Below are positions 59,926-64,000 of a stretch of 64,000 nt of DNA, piece by piece. The DNA is from Chiloscyllium plagiosum (taxonomy: Eukaryota). The stretch covers positions 7,481,766 through 7,545,765 of the forward strand of contig NC_057718.1 in NCBI RefSeq assembly GCF_004010195.1, in the 5' to 3' direction. A program made the translations under genes and the position numbers. The notes below the pieces were generated by a model, which was given only the letters and a program-made list of their open reading frames with translations, did no database searches and had not been told where the DNA came from. Positions within the stretch are counted from its first letter, which is position 1. Every line of letters starts with the position of its first letter.

Positions 59926-62542
59926 GCGTGACCAACAGACCAATGTGAGTAACCCCCAATTTGAGACCTATGCCCCCCCCCCCCCTCCTTTACACCTGGA
60001 ACAATTGACCAGAGAAGTCTGGTCATTGCTAACTGCAACAACGTGTCTGGCTCGTGAGTGAGGCGGTTTGCTCGAAAGATTCTGCAACAAACTCTCATAT
60101 TTGGATTCACAAGACCAGCTTTTTAATGAAGGTGGGAAATGGATTCTTAACTAGAATAGTTTTTTCTTAAATAAAACCCAACGATTTGTGAAGGTGACAG
60201 TTTGGTAAGGAGTACCATTCTGAACTTCTCTGGACGATTAACACTTTTGTTTACAGTGTTTGTCTCTTTGTTTCTGTGCTAACCGCATTTAATGTGGAGT
60301 CTGCACTTTAACGACAACACTGTAATGAGCCAGTGGGGCTTGGTTTAAAGGTGACTTTGGTCACCAAGATGAGAATCGTTCTCTGTTTGACCCCTGTACA
60401 CTGAAAGAGAAATATCTCCACATACTTTACAGGGGTGATTATCAAACAGTTTATACAGTGTTCCCTCTTGGGGATGCTGGAATATTTCAGGGAAAGTTTG
60501 TTGAAGGAGGGTACATTTTACAGAGTATTCTAACGGTAGACCATGAGATAGCCAGAGGGATTTCGGAAGGCAATTCTAAAGGTTTAGGCCCAGGTAGCTG
60601 AAGGCAGGGCCATCAATGATTGAAAGATTAAAATCCGGGTTTAGTGAGCATTATAACATTCACAAGTGTTCACCTTAAGTGATGTACAAAATGTCATGGC
60701 ACCTTGATCCTTCGTTAGTCCTTTTGCTATGGTGTACCATCAATAAAGAATGATTTTGAAGCTCTCTCAAAGAGCTAGCACAGGCACAATGGAATGAATG
60801 GCCTCATTCTGTGCCACCTCATCCTGTGAGTACAAGGTGCAGTCAAGCCACTCTGTTAATTTTCTTTTTAAACACGACATGTTACATGAGTCCGTGCTGC
60901 ACTTCAGCATTTCTTGGGAAAAAGACCCATTTGTCAATGTCGGTGTCTTTTATTCAACAAGGCAATTGACAAGATAAAGGTTTGTATGGAGTGAATGGAT
61001 TAGTTGGCAAATGGACTCTATTTGCACAAGTTAATGATGACTGACAGTTTACATTTTTAACCAAATCAGGTTGGAACTCATTTAGTCAAGGCATTGTCTT
61101 GAGAAATGGACTGGAGAAGGGTGTCACTTATTCTGTTCAGTTGAGTTAAAACAAGTAAGTGTTCAAAGATCAGGACTCTGTGTTATGTATGCAGCTTCCA
61201 GTATGTTGCACACTGTGTGGTCTGTCTAGCAGTCTGAAGTTGTCGGTGTAATTCTTTGCACCCCCAGAATTCTGTAACTTTGACAAAATGTCATTTTTCA
61301 GCAATACTCAAGTAGATATTCTTTGTGAAAGAGACACTGAATCTGCTACCACCTTACCAGGGCTAACGACGGCTTGCAGCTGGGACTGCTGTGAACCCTT
61401 GGAGGTGCAAAGCAGAAATGTTCTCCATTATGAATCGGCCTGCGCTGACCCAGCTGGGGTGGGGGGGGCACATGGATCTGAATCTGGACCTTCTGGCTCA
61501 GGGGGAACACCAACCAATTGTGGCACAAGACCCCCAAACATTTCACTTTACATAACAACTTTCACAATGTCAAGAGGTGGAGTACCACAGCCAGTGCAGT
61601 ACTGTTTTCAGAGTGTTGCCATGTAGCAAATTAATTCACCAATCTGCACACAGCAAACTTCTAGAAAACGCAGTGACGTCCTGGTTTATTTTATTGCTGT
61701 TTGTGGGCGCTCTCTGTGCACACATTGGCTGCCATGTTTCCTAGACTACAGATGCCTGCATTTAAAAAGGCCTTCATTGCCTGTAAAGCATCAGCAGCTG
61801 TGAATGGTGATATATAAATGCAGGTCTGTCGGTGAGACATTTGTGCTGAGTGGCAAAAAACTGTTGACAGATCAGTTATCCCCGTTGACAATTTTCGGGG
61901 GGGGTTTAATTGTAATTGAGCAGATCTTTGCCACTGACGTTGCAGCCACTGACGTTGCAATCCGTGAATGTTATAATTGAGAAGGGAATTGTCAATCTAA
62001 TTTTAAAACAAGCTGACAGAAAATCAACAGCTGGAAGGTCGTGTTTTCTCCAGCGCAGTTTTAGTGACACGACGAAGCCCAGTGCAAATGGATGAAGTGT
62101 CCTTGCAGGGAATGTGGTTACACAGTCCAGTCAATTATCTGGTGAAGTAATAGCTGCGTAGTGAGAGCATGTAGTGTTTTTTAATGGAGATGGAGACCAC
62201 AGCTAATGGCAGCACTGAGAGGTTGAAGCATTATAATCCATAAGTGCACTTGTTCTTGACAGAGCTACCGTTCTGATCTCTTGAATTGTTTCCAGGATTC
62301 TGAATTATCTGGAAACCCCTGTGCAACTGTAAGAGGGGACAGCACATTAGGAGGCTATTCAGCCCATCTCACCCATGCCAGCCCTTGTGCATTGGTTCCA
62401 TTGCGCTGACATTTCCCTGTTGTCCTCCTAAGTGTTTCCCTTCGATTACCTCTCTGATTCCCGTCAGAAAGAGATGATTAGCTCACCTTCCACAATCCTA
62501 CAGCCAATTCATTACAGTTCATAGCAACTTCTTGAAGAGGAA

Positions 62543-62690
62543 ATGGCACGGTGGCTCAGTGGTTGGTACTGCTGCCTCACAGCGCCAGGGATCCAGGTTT
62601 GATTCCAGCCTCCGGTGACTCCCTGTGTGGAGTTTATGCATTCTCTCTGTATCTTCGTGGGCTTTCTCCAGGTGCTCCAGTTTCCTCCTT
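62543..62690 (+). mobile_element. HE1-type SINE, 5' half
   Basis: ggcacggtggctcagtggttggtactgctgcctcacagcgccagggatccaggtttgattcc. Confidence 0.85.
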
Positions 62691-63642
62691 GTTGTGTAGT
62701 CCAATGTACCAATAAATGTTGCTGATGTGACTCTGACATTAATAAGAGTGGATGAGAGAAGCCACTAGACGAGGAGAAGACCCTGTGCTGGGAGCTGTAA
62801 GAGTTACTTCTGATGTGTAGATGTCAATGAGAATTTTACATCGTTGTAGAGCAAGAGTGGAAGAGCTTAACTCAAGTATAAGGAGCCAATGGCTTTGTAG
62901 AGTGGATGTCACAGAGTCATATCCAACTTGCCCACTCTGCTTAGTTTTCACAATCAATCTAGTCCCATTTGCCTGCATTTGGTCCTTGTCCCATCCATGT
63001 ACCTGTCTAAATGTTTCTTAAATGTTAAAATTGTACTGACTTCCGCCACTACATCTGGCAGCCGTTCCAGAGACTCCACCCTCTGTGGGAAACAATTGCC
63101 CCTCTGGGCTCGTTTATATCTCTCCCTTTCTCCTTAAATGTATGTATAGAGACCCACAGCCCAGGGACCATTACAAATAATATAATTATGTCAGTAGCCC
63201 CATTAATTACAGTCCAGCTGATGGTAAAACTGGACAAATCTGACTCCAGAATGAAAGCTGGCTTGATAATAACCTGTTTAATTTTCGCAATTAGTTATCA
63301 TGGTTGGTTAGTCACTGAAACTTACACATATGCAGCTGCAGATGTTCTCTAACAATAGAACATAAGCTTATTACATAAAGTTAGAAATTTTGAAAAAGCC
63401 TAACCTATATATATGTTAAAAGACCGTTTGAATTTAATACAGGCATCAAAACAAAGCTTCAACCTGTTTCCCAGCAGCATGTTTTATAGTGACTCAGTCC
63501 CAGAATAATATCAGTCCTCTCTCAGCTTTGTAAGTCTTTATATCAGTCATGCCTTGAACCGAAGAGTCTTCCTCTCCGAGTCCATTAGCTTGAAGTTCTT
63601 TCAATTCTGATAGCCTAAACTTTCTCTGTTCTAACAACTCCA

Positions 63643-63841
63643 AAGTTAAGAATCACACAATGCCAGGATATAGTCCAACAGGTTTATTTGGAAGCTCTAG
63701 CTTTCGGAGCGCCGCTCCTTCATCAGGAGCAGTGCTTCGAAAGCTAGTGGTTCAAAATAAACCTATTGGACTATAACTTGACGCTGTGTGATTTTTTAAC
63801 TTTGTACACCCCAGTCCAACACCAGCATCTCCAAATCATGA
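63643..63841. mobile_element. Penelope-derived fold-back insert, family B
   Basis: 12-bp TSD ctaa(c/a)aactcca at 63631-63642 and 63842-63853; aaagttaagaatcacaca..tagtccaa is inverted against ttggacta..tgtgtgattttttaacttt. Confidence 0.88.
63694..63730 (-). ncRNA. Minimal type I hammerhead ribozyme motif, complete (helix I 4 bp, helix II 5 bp, palindromic helix III)
   Basis: Minus strand GCUC-CUGAUGA-A-GGAGC-GGC-GCUCC-GAAA-GC-UA-GAGC; catalytic activity not shown. Confidence 0.75.
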
Positions 63842-63898
63842 CTAAAAACTCCAGGATTTCTGTGTAAGCTTTCCTGGCTTGGGAACTGCATAGACTAC

Positions 63899-64000
63899 AC
63901 GACCTTCCCTCCATCATAAGGTCAGCATTGGGGATGTTTATCGATGGTTGCACAATGTTCCGCATCATTCGTGACTCCTCTAGATACTGAGGCAGTCCAT
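63899..64000 (+). mobile_element. L2/CR1-group LINE RT fragment running off the window
   Basis: DLPSIIRSALGMFIDGCTMFRIIRDSS, a decayed ..MFADD.. RT motif. Confidence 0.65.

Noticed and set aside
61288..61626. 112-aa ORF after an acceptor-like tttttcag
   Set aside because: No recognisable domain and no convincing donor; cannot be supported as an exon.
545..62690. tRNA genes suggested by A/B boxes
   Set aside because: All are SINE heads followed by SINE body and LINE-like tails; no complete cloverleaf is seen.
31428..64000. Apparent loss of intact sense-strand hammerheads within the inferred intron
   Set aside because: Only about 5 informative copies, most decayed on both strands, and the transcript itself is inferred; too weak to claim selection.

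Overview
Eukaryotic, repeat-dense vertebrate DNA. The HE1/V-SINE plus CR1/HER1-type LINE content points to an elasmobranch (shark) genome; this is inferred from repeat families, not from a database search. No intact protein-coding gene, rRNA, tRNA gene or CRISPR array is visible, and every recognisable ORF in the track is a decayed retrotransposon fragment (CR1, L2-like, Rex1/Babar, RTE, Penelope GIY-YIG). Two nearly transposon-free islands (about 29.65-31.43 kb, CpG-rich, and about 47.4-49.4 kb) end in plus-strand splice donors and probably are first/alternative first exons of an unidentified large gene whose introns fill the right half of the window. The most striking signal is about 20 short Penelope-like-element (PLE)-derived inserts in four sequence families. 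Many are fold-back structures with 8-16 bp target-site duplications (TSDs). All four families carry a minimal hammerhead ribozyme core (CUGANGA-N-helix II-GAAA-palindrome-UH) with family-specific, covarying helix II, and two cores remain intact. Other notable structures: three nested PLE insertions (one duplicating the host's CUGAUGA core as its TSD), a TG..CA element with a 4-bp TSD enclosing about 1.7 kb of unexplained sequence, a two-step templated insertion, an 81-bp flanking duplication around a CR1, and a 149-bp tandem duplication. Four assembly gaps limit interpretation. Most repeat boundaries are approximate (about +/-10-30 bp) unless a TSD is given.
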